This document shows positions 19,974 through 28,231 of a DNA stretch of 64,000 bases, piece by piece (the first letter of the stretch is position 1; each line of letters begins with the position of its first letter). Source of the DNA: Verrucomicrobiia bacterium (GTDB lineage Bacteria; Acidobacteriota; Terriglobia; Acidiferrales; UBA7541); assembly GCA_035482155.1 (NCBI GenBank), contig DATHRB010000053.1, positions 17,620-81,619 of the forward strand. The letters are read 5' to 3'. The notes beneath the pieces were generated by a model. That model was not told where the DNA came from and made no database searches. It saw nothing but the letters and a program-made list of their open reading frames with translations. The position numbers and the translations under genes were made by a program.

Positions 19974-22787
19974 ATGGCCGAACCACTGGAACTAAAGAAA
20001 ACTCTAAACCTGCCCAAGACCGATTTCCCCATGAAAGCCAGCTTGCCGCAGAACGAGCCTAAACAGCTTGCTGCCTGGGAGGAGGCCCATCTTTACGAAA
20101 AAATTCTGGAGACCCGCAAAGGCAAGCCTCTTTTTGTTTTGCACGATGGTCCTCCCTATCCCACGGGCACCATTCACCTCGGCACCGGTCTCAATAAAAT
20201 TCTAAAAGACATGATCGTTAAATCCGAAAGCATGGCCGGGCACTTCGCGCCCTACGTCCCTGGCTGGGATTGCCACGGTTTGCCCATCGAGACTCAAGTC
20301 GAAAAAGAGCTGGGCGGCAAAGCCAAGGTTTCCGCGCCCGAATTTCGTAAGCTTTGCCGTGAATTCGCCAATCGCTACGTCGAGCAGCACAAGCGCGACT
20401 TCAAACGCCTCGGCGTCTTTGGTCGCTGGAACGATCCGTACCTCACCATGAATTTTGACTATGAAGCCACCATCGCCGGCGCTTTTCTGGAGTTCATGGA
20501 AAAGGGCTACGTCTATCGCGGGCGCAAGCCTGTCTACTGGTGCCTTCACGACCGTACCGCATTGGCGGAAGCCGAAGTCGAGTACGAAGATCACACCAGC
20601 CCATCCGTGTGGGTGAAATTCGCCATCGCCGATGGCCAGAATCCCGGCAACGAAGTTAGCGCTGTCATCTGGACCACCACTCCTTGGACCCTGCCTCATA
20701 ACCGCGCATTGGCTTTTCATCCCGACTATGACTATGCAGTCGTCGACACCGAAAAAGGCGCTCTACTCCTCGCCGTCGACCGCATCCCCGCGCTTCAATC
20801 CGAATGCGATATTAAGGAAGCTCGCATCCGCGAAACCTTCAAGGGCAGCCAATTCGAAAGCCGCAGATTTCAGCATCCCTTTTTGCCTCTCCAGGTCCCT
20901 GGTATTTTGGCCGACTACGTCACCCTCGATCAGGGCAGCGGAATCGTGCACACCGCTCCCGGCCACGGCGCCGACGACTTTTATTCCGGCCAGAAATATG
21001 GATTGGAAACGTACGCTCCACTCGATGACCGCGGCGTTTATCTAGAAGGTTTGCCCGAATACAAAGGCAAAAATGTTTTTGAAGCCAACCCCATCATCGT
21101 CAAACTGCTGCAGGATCGCGGCGCGTTGCTCAGCCATCACGAATACAAACACACTTACCCGCATTGTTGGCGTTGCCACAATCCGGTGATCTTTCGCGCC
21201 ACCGAGCAATGGTTTATCAAGATGGACGCCGTCGTGCCCGGTCGCGATAAAACGTTTCGCCAGGAAGCCCTCGATGAGGTGGAAGGCGTGAAATGGATCC
21301 CTGCCTGGGGCGAGGAACGCATTTACGAAATGGTCGAAAAACGCCCCGATTGGTGCGTTTCGCGCCAGCGTTTCTGGGGCGTGCCCATCATCGTGTTTTA
21401 TTGTGACGCCTGCGGAAAACGACTCGAAGATTTCTCCGCCTTACGAAATGTTTTGCATTGGTTCAAAAAAGAAGGCGCCGACGCCTGGTATCAGCACACC
21501 CCGGAAGAATTGTTGCCGCCCAATACAAAATGTTCTTGCGGTTCCACTAAATGGCGGCAGGAGCACGACATTCTCGACGTGTGGTTTGATTCCGGTTCTT
21601 CCAACCTGGCGGTCTTGCACGGCCCGGAGTGGCCCGCCCATATTTATCTCGAAGGTCCCGACCAATATCGCGGCTGGTTCCAAAGTTCGTTGCTGGTAGC
21701 CACTGGAATTAAAAATGCCGCGCCTTTCCGTGGCGTGGTAACCCACGGCTGGACTCTAGATGAACAGGGACGTCCGATGTCCAAGTCCCTTGGCAACGTC
21801 GTCGAACCCGCCGAAATTTGCGAAAAGTGGGGCGCCGATCTGCTGCGCCTGTGGGTCGCCTCCCAGGAATACCAGGCCGACGTAAAGATGAGTGAACGAG
21901 TCATGGATCAGCTCAGCGAAGCCTACCGAAAAATTCGCAACACCTTCCGCTTCGCACTTGGAAATCTCGACAAATTTGATCCTTCACGCGATGCGCTACC
22001 CAATGAGCAATTGGAAGAAATCGATCGCTGGATGCTCGACCGCACCGCGGAGCTATCTCGCAAATGCCGCGCATGGTACGCCGCATACGATTTCCATCGC
22101 GTATACCACGCCATTCACGACTACTGCGTGGTCGACCTCAGCTCCTTTTACTGGGACGTGTTAAAGGATCGCCTCTACACCAAAGCGCCTCGCAGCACAT
22201 CGCGGCGTTCCGCGCAGACCGCGATCTGGAAAATTTCCAGCGCCTTGGTGCGTTTGCTCACGCCTATCCTGGTATTCACCACCGAAGAAATTTGGAAGAT
22301 GCTTCCTGCGGATAAACACGCCACGGGCAGCGTGCATCAGGCTGAATTCGCCGAAGCTGATTCGCTTGCCAGCGGCATCAGCACGGAAGCGGCGGAACAA
22401 TGGGCCCGCCTCGCGCAAGTACGCCCCGCGGTGTTGGTGGCGCTCGAGCAAGCTCGTGCGGCCAAGGCCATTGGTAAGGGAATCGAAGCGAAAGTGAAGC
22501 TTCACGCCGGCAGCGAGGCGCCAGGATTGCAGAAATTGCTGCAGGAAAGATGTAATGTGCTGCCCGAGCTTTTCATCGTTTCGCAAGTCGAGGTTGAGCC
22601 GACCCCGCCTGCCGGTGCCGTCCAAAGCGAATCGCTGCCCGGCCTCGCCATCAAGATCGAGCGCGCCGACGGAGCCAAGTGCGAACGCTGCTGGAATTAT
22701 TCCACGCACGTAGGCGAAAACCACAGGTATCCCACCGTCTGTGAACGGTGCACCGAGGCCCTGGCCGAAATCGAAAGCGCTGCGTAA
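19974..22787 (+). CDS. ileS: Isoleucine--tRNA ligase (type 1, C-terminal Zn finger)
   Basis: TLNLPKTDFPMKA, LHDGPPY, PGWDCHGLPIE, DWCVSRQR, MSKSLGN, KCERCW; ileS-lspA synteny. Confidence 0.97.
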   Translation: MAEPLELKKTLNLPKTDFPMKASLPQNEPKQLAAWEEAHLYEKILETRKGKPLFVLHDGPPYPTGTIHLGTGLNKILKDMIVKSESMAGHFAPYVPGWDCHGLPIETQVEKELGGKAKVSAPEFRKLCREFANRYVEQHKRDFKRLGVFGRWNDPYLTMNFDYEATIAGAFLEFMEKGYVYRGRKPVYWCLHDRTALAEAEVEYEDHTSPSVWVKFAIADGQNPGNEVSAVIWTTTPWTLPHNRALAFHPDYDYAVVDTEKGALLLAVDRIPALQSECDIKEARIRETFKGSQFESRRFQHPFLPLQVPGILADYVTLDQGSGIVHTAPGHGADDFYSGQKYGLETYAPLDDRGVYLEGLPEYKGKNVFEANPIIVKLLQDRGALLSHHEYKHTYPHCWRCHNPVIFRATEQWFIKMDAVVPGRDKTFRQEALDEVEGVKWIPAWGEERIYEMVEKRPDWCVSRQRFWGVPIIVFYCDACGKRLEDFSALRNVLHWFKKEGADAWYQHTPEELLPPNTKCSCGSTKWRQEHDILDVWFDSGSSNLAVLHGPEWPAHIYLEGPDQYRGWFQSSLLVATGIKNAAPFRGVVTHGWTLDEQGRPMSKSLGNVVEPAEICEKWGADLLRLWVASQEYQADVKMSERVMDQLSEAYRKIRNTFRFALGNLDKFDPSRDALPNEQLEEIDRWMLDRTAELSRKCRAWYAAYDFHRVYHAIHDYCVVDLSSFYWDVLKDRLYTKAPRSTSRRSAQTAIWKISSALVRLLTPILVFTTEEIWKMLPADKHATGSVHQAEFAEADSLASGISTEAAEQWARLAQVRPAVLVALEQARAAKAIGKGIEAKVKLHAGSEAPGLQKLLQERCNVLPELFIVSQVEVEPTPPAGAVQSESLPGLAIKIERADGAKCERCWNYSTHVGENHRYPTVCERCTEALAEIESAA

Positions 22788-22867
22788 GCATTCCGATCCA
22801 GTGACTGCCTCATCCGTTAAGATCATGGAAGAACGGAAAAAGTTGACGCCATGAAAGTAGAAATTTA

Positions 22868-23380
22868 GTGCAAATTTCCCCGCGATTGCGATGGTTGTGG
22901 CTCACCCTCGCGATAGTCATCGCCGACCGCGCCACTAAAGCCTGGTTTGAAGCTTCCACCACCGAGAGCTATCGCCACGAGGTCGTCCACAACTTAATCT
23001 ACCTGGTGCACAGCACAAATCCCGGAATCGCCTTCAGCTTTTTCGCCGATTCGAATTCGCCTTGGATGAAATCCATTCTTATCGCTGGTTCGATTCTGGT
23101 GGTGATCGCTCTTGCGTGGCTTTTGGTCGCCGGTAAGACTGGCGGCCCAATGACCTTCGCGGGCCTTGCTCTTTTAATCGCGGGTGCCACCGGAAATGTC
23201 ACCGACCGCATTCTGCATGGCGGCGTAACTGATTTCCTCGAAGTGTGGATTGGCTCCTACCGCTGGCCGGCATTCAACGTCGCCGATTCCGCCATCACCA
23301 TCGGAGCCGCGCTGATCTTGCTCGATGCCATCTTTGGCACCAATGTGGACGCCACTGTATCCGCAAAAAAGCGCGCCTGA
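22868..23380 (+). CDS. lspA: Lipoprotein signal peptidase II
   Basis: D..TK, NPGIAFS, GATGNVTDR, VTDFL, WPAFNVADSAI. Confidence 0.95.
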   Translation: MQISPRLRWLWLTLAIVIADRATKAWFEASTTESYRHEVVHNLIYLVHSTNPGIAFSFFADSNSPWMKSILIAGSILVVIALAWLLVAGKTGGPMTFAGLALLIAGATGNVTDRILHGGVTDFLEVWIGSYRWPAFNVADSAITIGAALILLDAIFGTNVDATVSAKKRA

Positions 23381-23428
23381 ACTATTTTGAAGGTTGGAAA
23401 GAACTCGCGCGTGATTCCAAGGTCTCGT

Positions 23429-24487
23429 ATGAGCGGTGAAAAAGAAATCAACACCGAAGCGCCTTCAGAGCCGGAAGAGAATTCCATCCTCTCCTTCGAA
23501 GTTCTCGACTCTGAAATCGGGGACCGCCTCGATCACGCCGTTGCCGCCAGGTATCCCGAGCTAAGCCGCACCCGCGTCAAAGAATTGATCGACGGTGAAC
23601 TTGTACTGGTCGACGGAAAACCCTCCAAAGGCTCGCATCGCTTGCATACCGGCGAAAAAGTCGCCGTAACTCCCAAGGCCCGGCCCCCGTTGCGAGCTCA
23701 TGCCGAATCTATCCCCCTGGACATTCTGTTTGAAGATGCCGACATCATCGCCGTCGATAAGCCTGCAGGCATGACCGTCCATGCAGGAGCAGGCAACGCT
23801 ACCGGCACCATGGTCAACGCTCTCCTCGGCCGCGGCCAGTCCCTCTCGCAATTGGGTGACGCCTTGCGTCCCGGAATTGTTCACCGCCTCGACAAGGAAA
23901 CCTCCGGCGTCATTCTCGTTGCGAAAACCGACTCCGCCCACGCGCGCCTTGGCGAAGCCTTTCGCCAGCGCACCGTAAATAAAACCTACATCGCTTTGGT
24001 ACAAGGCTCGTTCGACACCACCAGCGGTCGGATCGAGCTGGCCATCGGTCGCGACCCGATCAAGCGCGTACGCATGGCCGCAGAACAGAAAACCTTCCGT
24101 GGCTCGAAAATTGCCAACTCGCGTGAAGCTCGCACCGACTGGCGCACCCTTATTAAGATCGACGCCACTACTTTGCTGGAGGTCCAGCTTCACACCGGTC
24201 GCACCCACCAGATACGCGTCCATTTTTCCGCGCTCAAACATCCGGTAGTAGGCGACACACTCTACGGAGCCGCTGCGCAGCTGCGTGTGGGAGACATATC
24301 CCTCCCGCCACTAGGCCGCAATTTTTTGCATGCCGCAAAAATTGTTTTTTCTCACCCGCGAACCGGCGAAAGAATGGAGCTCCGCGCTCCGTTGCCGATC
24401 GAACTCCGCGACTTCCTGTACACGCTAGCCAAGACCGCCGGGGGAGACCCAGCAAAAATTGACGCTGCACTCGCTGGGTACCTATAA
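23429..24487 (+). CDS. rluD: RluA-family pseudouridine synthase (RluD-like, S4 domain)
   Basis: RLD...LSRT S4 domain, VDKPAGMTVH, catalytic HRLDKETSG, TGRTHQIRVH. Confidence 0.88.
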   Translation: MSGEKEINTEAPSEPEENSILSFEVLDSEIGDRLDHAVAARYPELSRTRVKELIDGELVLVDGKPSKGSHRLHTGEKVAVTPKARPPLRAHAESIPLDILFEDADIIAVDKPAGMTVHAGAGNATGTMVNALLGRGQSLSQLGDALRPGIVHRLDKETSGVILVAKTDSAHARLGEAFRQRTVNKTYIALVQGSFDTTSGRIELAIGRDPIKRVRMAAEQKTFRGSKIANSREARTDWRTLIKIDATTLLEVQLHTGRTHQIRVHFSALKHPVVGDTLYGAAAQLRVGDISLPPLGRNFLHAAKIVFSHPRTGERMELRAPLPIELRDFLYTLAKTAGGDPAKIDAALAGYL

Positions 24488-24496
24488 TCTGGGCAG

Positions 24497-25609
24497 ATGC
24501 AACCCAAACCATTTTTAATTTTGGTTCTAGCCGTCATTGCCATATTGCTTTTGCCGGCTCGACATTCCGCGCAACAGCTTCCTCCCCCTGCGCCGCCGAC
24601 TCAATCCACGCCTCCTGCCGCGTCTAATCCCGACGCGTCACAAGCGCCACCCACTGGCCAAACCCCTACCGTCATCCAAAGCCGCGTCAACCTCGTCGAC
24701 ATTTTGTTCACCGTTCTAAATCGCCGCAACAAACTCGTCCCTGACCTCGAAAAAGCCGACTTCAAAATTTTTGACGACAGAGTCCCACAGGAAATCCGCT
24801 ATTTCAGCAAGCAGACCGAACTTCCCCTGCGCATAGGCATGCTGCTCGACACTTCCAATAGCATTCGCGACCGCCTTAAGTTCGAGCAGGACGCTTCCAC
24901 AAATTTCCTCTTCAGCGTTTTGCGCCATAACAAAGACGAAGCCTTCCTCATGACCTTTGATGACGAGCCGCAAGTGATTCAAAAATTCACCGGCGACGCC
25001 GGAGCCTTACGCGATGAAATTTTCAAGACTCGCGCCGGCGGCGGCACCGCCATTTATGACGCCATCTATTCCGCATGCTTGAATGAATTAAGCCACCCGC
25101 CGCGTCCACCCGGCGATCAGCCTGACGTCGTGCGCCGCGTGATGATTTTGATCAGCGACGGCGATGACAATCTCTCCACGCGCACTCGCGCCGAAGCTAT
25201 CGAAATGGCCCAACGCGCCAGCGTGGTGATCTACACCATCAGCACCAGCACCCAGTGGATCGCGCTTTCGCAGACCGATCCATCCAAGGCCGCCAATCGC
25301 AAGAACCACCTCACCCCCGGTGATCAAATTTTGCAGGATTTAGCTGAAGAAACCGGCGGCCGCGCCTTTTTTCCTTACCACGTGGATGATTTAGATCAAT
25401 CGTTTCAGGACATCGGAGACGAGCTGCGTAACGAATACTCCATCGCCTACAGTCCTACCAATTACGTTATGGATGGCCGCTACCACAAAATCCGCATCGA
25501 AACCCCCGACCACAAGGGCTATCAGGTGAACGCCAGACGCGGTTACTTCGCGCGAGCCGGTGCCAACTCCGCCGGACCAGGAACTCCCCCAGCCGGCTCG
25601 CCTCGGTAA
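24497..25609 (+). CDS. Acidobacterial VWA-domain protein 1
   Basis: Signal peptide, Pro-rich linker, MIDAS LLDTSNS, GGGTAIYDA, ISDGDD, ELRNEYSIAY. Confidence 0.88.
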   Translation: MQPKPFLILVLAVIAILLLPARHSAQQLPPPAPPTQSTPPAASNPDASQAPPTGQTPTVIQSRVNLVDILFTVLNRRNKLVPDLEKADFKIFDDRVPQEIRYFSKQTELPLRIGMLLDTSNSIRDRLKFEQDASTNFLFSVLRHNKDEAFLMTFDDEPQVIQKFTGDAGALRDEIFKTRAGGGTAIYDAIYSACLNELSHPPRPPGDQPDVVRRVMILISDGDDNLSTRTRAEAIEMAQRASVVIYTISTSTQWIALSQTDPSKAANRKNHLTPGDQILQDLAEETGGRAFFPYHVDDLDQSFQDIGDELRNEYSIAYSPTNYVMDGRYHKIRIETPDHKGYQVNARRGYFARAGANSAGPGTPPAGSPR

Positions 25610-26592
25610 GCCGCTTCTCCCTTGGGAGCGTAATAGCCTTTCCGCGCCAGCACTTTCAAATCGTGATTATTTGTTTCCACTTTGATTTTGCGAAATTTCC
25701 CGTCCCGCGCCGCGTTACTCGGGTAATATCCCAGCGTGTACTGGCTGCGCAGCTCGTCTGAAATTTCATCGAACGCTTCTTTTAATTTCTTCTCATTACT
25801 CACGACAATCATCCGTCCCCCAGTTTCATCTGCAAGCTTCTTCGCGACACCAGGATTCCCACCGCCAAATCTTCGGTCCGCCACCAGCAAAACGTGGATC
25901 ACCGAATCTGTCCTCTGCGCCGACTCAATAGCCTCTTCAATCCGCACTTTGCTGCCTTCGTCTTGCGCGTCGGTGACAATCACGATGGCTTTACGGCCCG
26001 CTTCTGTATTCAGCTTTTCTCCGCTCGCCAAATAAATCGCATCATAGAGCGCCGTCCCGGTCATCTGCTGGTTTCCGATCGGCCCCGGATTTCCCGCGAT
26101 CATCCCTCCGCCCGGTGTATTGATCCGCGCCCTTCGCACCGCGCGATCCAACTGCGCCCGATCATCGGTAAAGTCCGAAAGCATATCCACATCGGTATCA
26201 AAGGACATCACCAGCGCCTCATCGCCCTTACGAAGCACGCGGTCCAGAAACTGGCTCCCCGCCGCTTGAATCGCCCCCAGCATGTCCTGTTCGCTCCCGG
26301 AAGTATCCAACAGCAGAGCCAGCGTAATCGGCAGGCTCACTTCCTTCGAAAAAAACGAAATCTTCTGGTCCTGGTTATCCTCTATAATCTTGAAGTCTTC
26401 CTGCTTCAGGTCCCCGACAATCCGTTTATTTTTGTCGCGCACCGTGGCGAACACGTTCACCAGGTTCACTTGCGACCGGATCACCGGTCCTTGCCCAGCG
26501 TCCTGTGGACCCGCTGGAACCGCCGGGACCGCCAGCATCGCCGCGCTGCTAACTGCCAACCACACCCTCGCAAGTTTGCTCAAAGAATGCAT
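25543..26592 (-). CDS. Acidobacterial VWA-domain protein 2
   Basis: Signal peptide, LLDTSGS, GTALYDAI, VTDAQD, ELRSQYTLGY; 67-bp convergent overlap with VWA 1. Confidence 0.88.
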   Translation of the reverse strand: MHSLSKLARVWLAVSSAAMLAVPAVPAGPQDAGQGPVIRSQVNLVNVFATVRDKNKRIVGDLKQEDFKIIEDNQDQKISFFSKEVSLPITLALLLDTSGSEQDMLGAIQAAGSQFLDRVLRKGDEALVMSFDTDVDMLSDFTDDRAQLDRAVRRARINTPGGGMIAGNPGPIGNQQMTGTALYDAIYLASGEKLNTEAGRKAIVIVTDAQDEGSKVRIEEAIESAQRTDSVIHVLLVADRRFGGGNPGVAKKLADETGGRMIVVSNEKKLKEAFDEISDELRSQYTLGYYPSNAARDGKFRKIKVETNNHDLKVLARKGYYAPKGEAAYRGEPAGGVPGPAELAPARAK

Positions 26593-26733
26593 GTATACTT
26601 TCCTTTGTTAGAATCCGCTGTTGCTCGCCTCTGGCGGCCAGCATGCATCCTACGATGCCGTGAACGGACGGGATGGATGCGTAGCCCGAAATCCTCGAGA
26701 GGCTAAATCGACACGAAGTTTGGCTTGAGGCCC

Positions 26734-27831
26734 ATGAAAAGTCTACGAAAAACCGTAATCGTCGCCCTCACCACCACACTCATCCCCTTCATCGCAATGA
26801 ACGCCCAGGAAACTAAGCCAGATACCCCTGCTCCCGCACCAAATGCTCACCAGCCCCCACCTCCGGCCGATACCGGCGCCAATGGCCAGGCTGGTAGAAT
26901 CGTAATCCCCGTTAATCAGGTCATCGTTCCCGTCACCGTCAAAGACGGTTCCGGCCGCCTCGTCCCCGACCTGTCCAAAGACGAATTTCGCATCTTCGAA
27001 GACCAGGTCGAGCAGCGCATCGCTTATTTCAGCAACGAAGCCTTCCCGCTTTCCATGGTCATTCTCATCGACAACGACCTAAAACGGAAAGATGCCGAGG
27101 AAGTTGCCGCCAGCCTGAAAGCCATCATTATGGGTTTGAGCACCGCCGATGAAGCCTACATCGCTCGCTTCGATCAGTTTTTCCACGAAGGCCCCGGCTT
27201 CACGAAGAATCAGGACAAATTACTCACCGAAATTAAACGCACCGAATTGGACACCAAGCCGTCCGTAGCACCGCCTGGCCCCGCGATGACCGACGGCCCG
27301 GTAATCAATGGACACTCCGCCATCGGCGATTCACCCAACGTCGCCCCTACCGTTAATCTCGTCAAAGGCCAGAGCACCAAGGCTCTCGACGACGCCGTCT
27401 ACAGCGCGGCGCAACTCCTGAAAGACCGCGGCCGCGAGCGCCGCAAAATCATCTTCCTCATTTCCGACGGCGCCAACGGAATCAGAACTAATACCCACGA
27501 TTACAAGTCCACTGTAAAAGAATTGCTGCGTTACGAGATCTCCGTCTATAGCGTCGCCGTCAGCAGTGCCTATTTCGAACGCCGCTTCAGTCGACTGGTC
27601 GATTACGCTCACGACTCCGGAGGCGATGTCTACTTCGCCGCCAAGCGCAGCACCATGGAAGAACTCTATTCCCGCGTCACCGAAGAAGCCCGCAATCAAT
27701 ACACCCTGGCGTACTCCCCAGCCGGAACGAATCGCGCGCTCGACTACCACACCATCGAAGTTCGCGTGAAGCGTGAAGGCCTGACGGTTGACGCTCGCGA
27801 AGGCTACTACGCCGGCGCCGCCCCCCACTAA
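26734..27831 (+). CDS. Acidobacterial VWA-domain protein 3 (degenerate MIDAS)
   Basis: VPVTVKDGSG, ILIDNDLK in place of DxSxS, ISDGANG, ARNQYTLAY. Confidence 0.85.
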   Translation: MKSLRKTVIVALTTTLIPFIAMNAQETKPDTPAPAPNAHQPPPPADTGANGQAGRIVIPVNQVIVPVTVKDGSGRLVPDLSKDEFRIFEDQVEQRIAYFSNEAFPLSMVILIDNDLKRKDAEEVAASLKAIIMGLSTADEAYIARFDQFFHEGPGFTKNQDKLLTEIKRTELDTKPSVAPPGPAMTDGPVINGHSAIGDSPNVAPTVNLVKGQSTKALDDAVYSAAQLLKDRGRERRKIIFLISDGANGIRTNTHDYKSTVKELLRYEISVYSVAVSSAYFERRFSRLVDYAHDSGGDVYFAAKRSTMEELYSRVTEEARNQYTLAYSPAGTNRALDYHTIEVRVKREGLTVDAREGYYAGAAPH

Positions 27832-27878
27832 TTAACGTCGATGTCGCATTAAATAATCGCCAAAATTAAATCCATGCA

Positions 27879-27918
27879 CCGGGTGGCCTACGCTTTGCGA
27901 TTTTTGCAAAGGGTGGGC
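27879..27918 (+). repeat. REP-like palindromic element, longer divergent copy D
   Basis: CCGGGTGGCCTACGCTTTGCGATTTTTGCAAAGGGTGGGC; stem CTTTGC/GCAAAG with the shared GATTT loop and GGGTG ends. Confidence 0.5.
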
Positions 27919-28081
27919 GCTTCTGCTCAGCTTTCTTCCATCCGCCACGCGCTGCCTCCCTCGCTTCTTCCGCATTCAACAAAAATTTTGTTTTTTGCTG
28001 CTAGTGCCCGCGACTTTTTTGTGAGACAACTATATCGGGCCGAGCGATTTTTTCCGGCCATTGAAAATTGCGGAGGTGTTT

Positions 28082-28129
28082 GTGAAGAAGAAGCCAGCAA
28101 AGAAGAGCAGCACAAAAAAAGGTAAGTAG
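28082..28129 (+). CDS. Candidate 15-aa Lys-rich micropeptide MKKKPAKKSSTKKGK
   Basis: GGAGGT at 28072-28077, GTG at 28082, TAG at 28127-28129, then a terminator hairpin. Below the ORF-track size cutoff. Confidence 0.55.
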   Translation: MKKKPAKKSSTKKGK

Positions 28130-28145
28130 CACCTCATTCAGATTG

Positions 28146-28191
28146 AAAAAAAGGGCGCAGCGGATTTTTTCGCAGCGCCCTTTCTTATTTT
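28146..28191. terminator. Bidirectional intrinsic terminator
   Basis: A-tract, GGGCGCAGCG...CGCAGCGCCC, then TTTCTTATTTT; lies between the micro-ORF (+) and the helicase (-). Confidence 0.8.
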
Positions 28192-28231
28192 CAAGAGTTC
28201 GAATCGCTTCAACAACTCCGTCTAGCTCCGT

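Noticed and set aside
27874-28125. 83-aa ORF in the ORF track
   Set aside because: It runs through a REP copy with no SD; the micro-ORF in another frame has much better signals.
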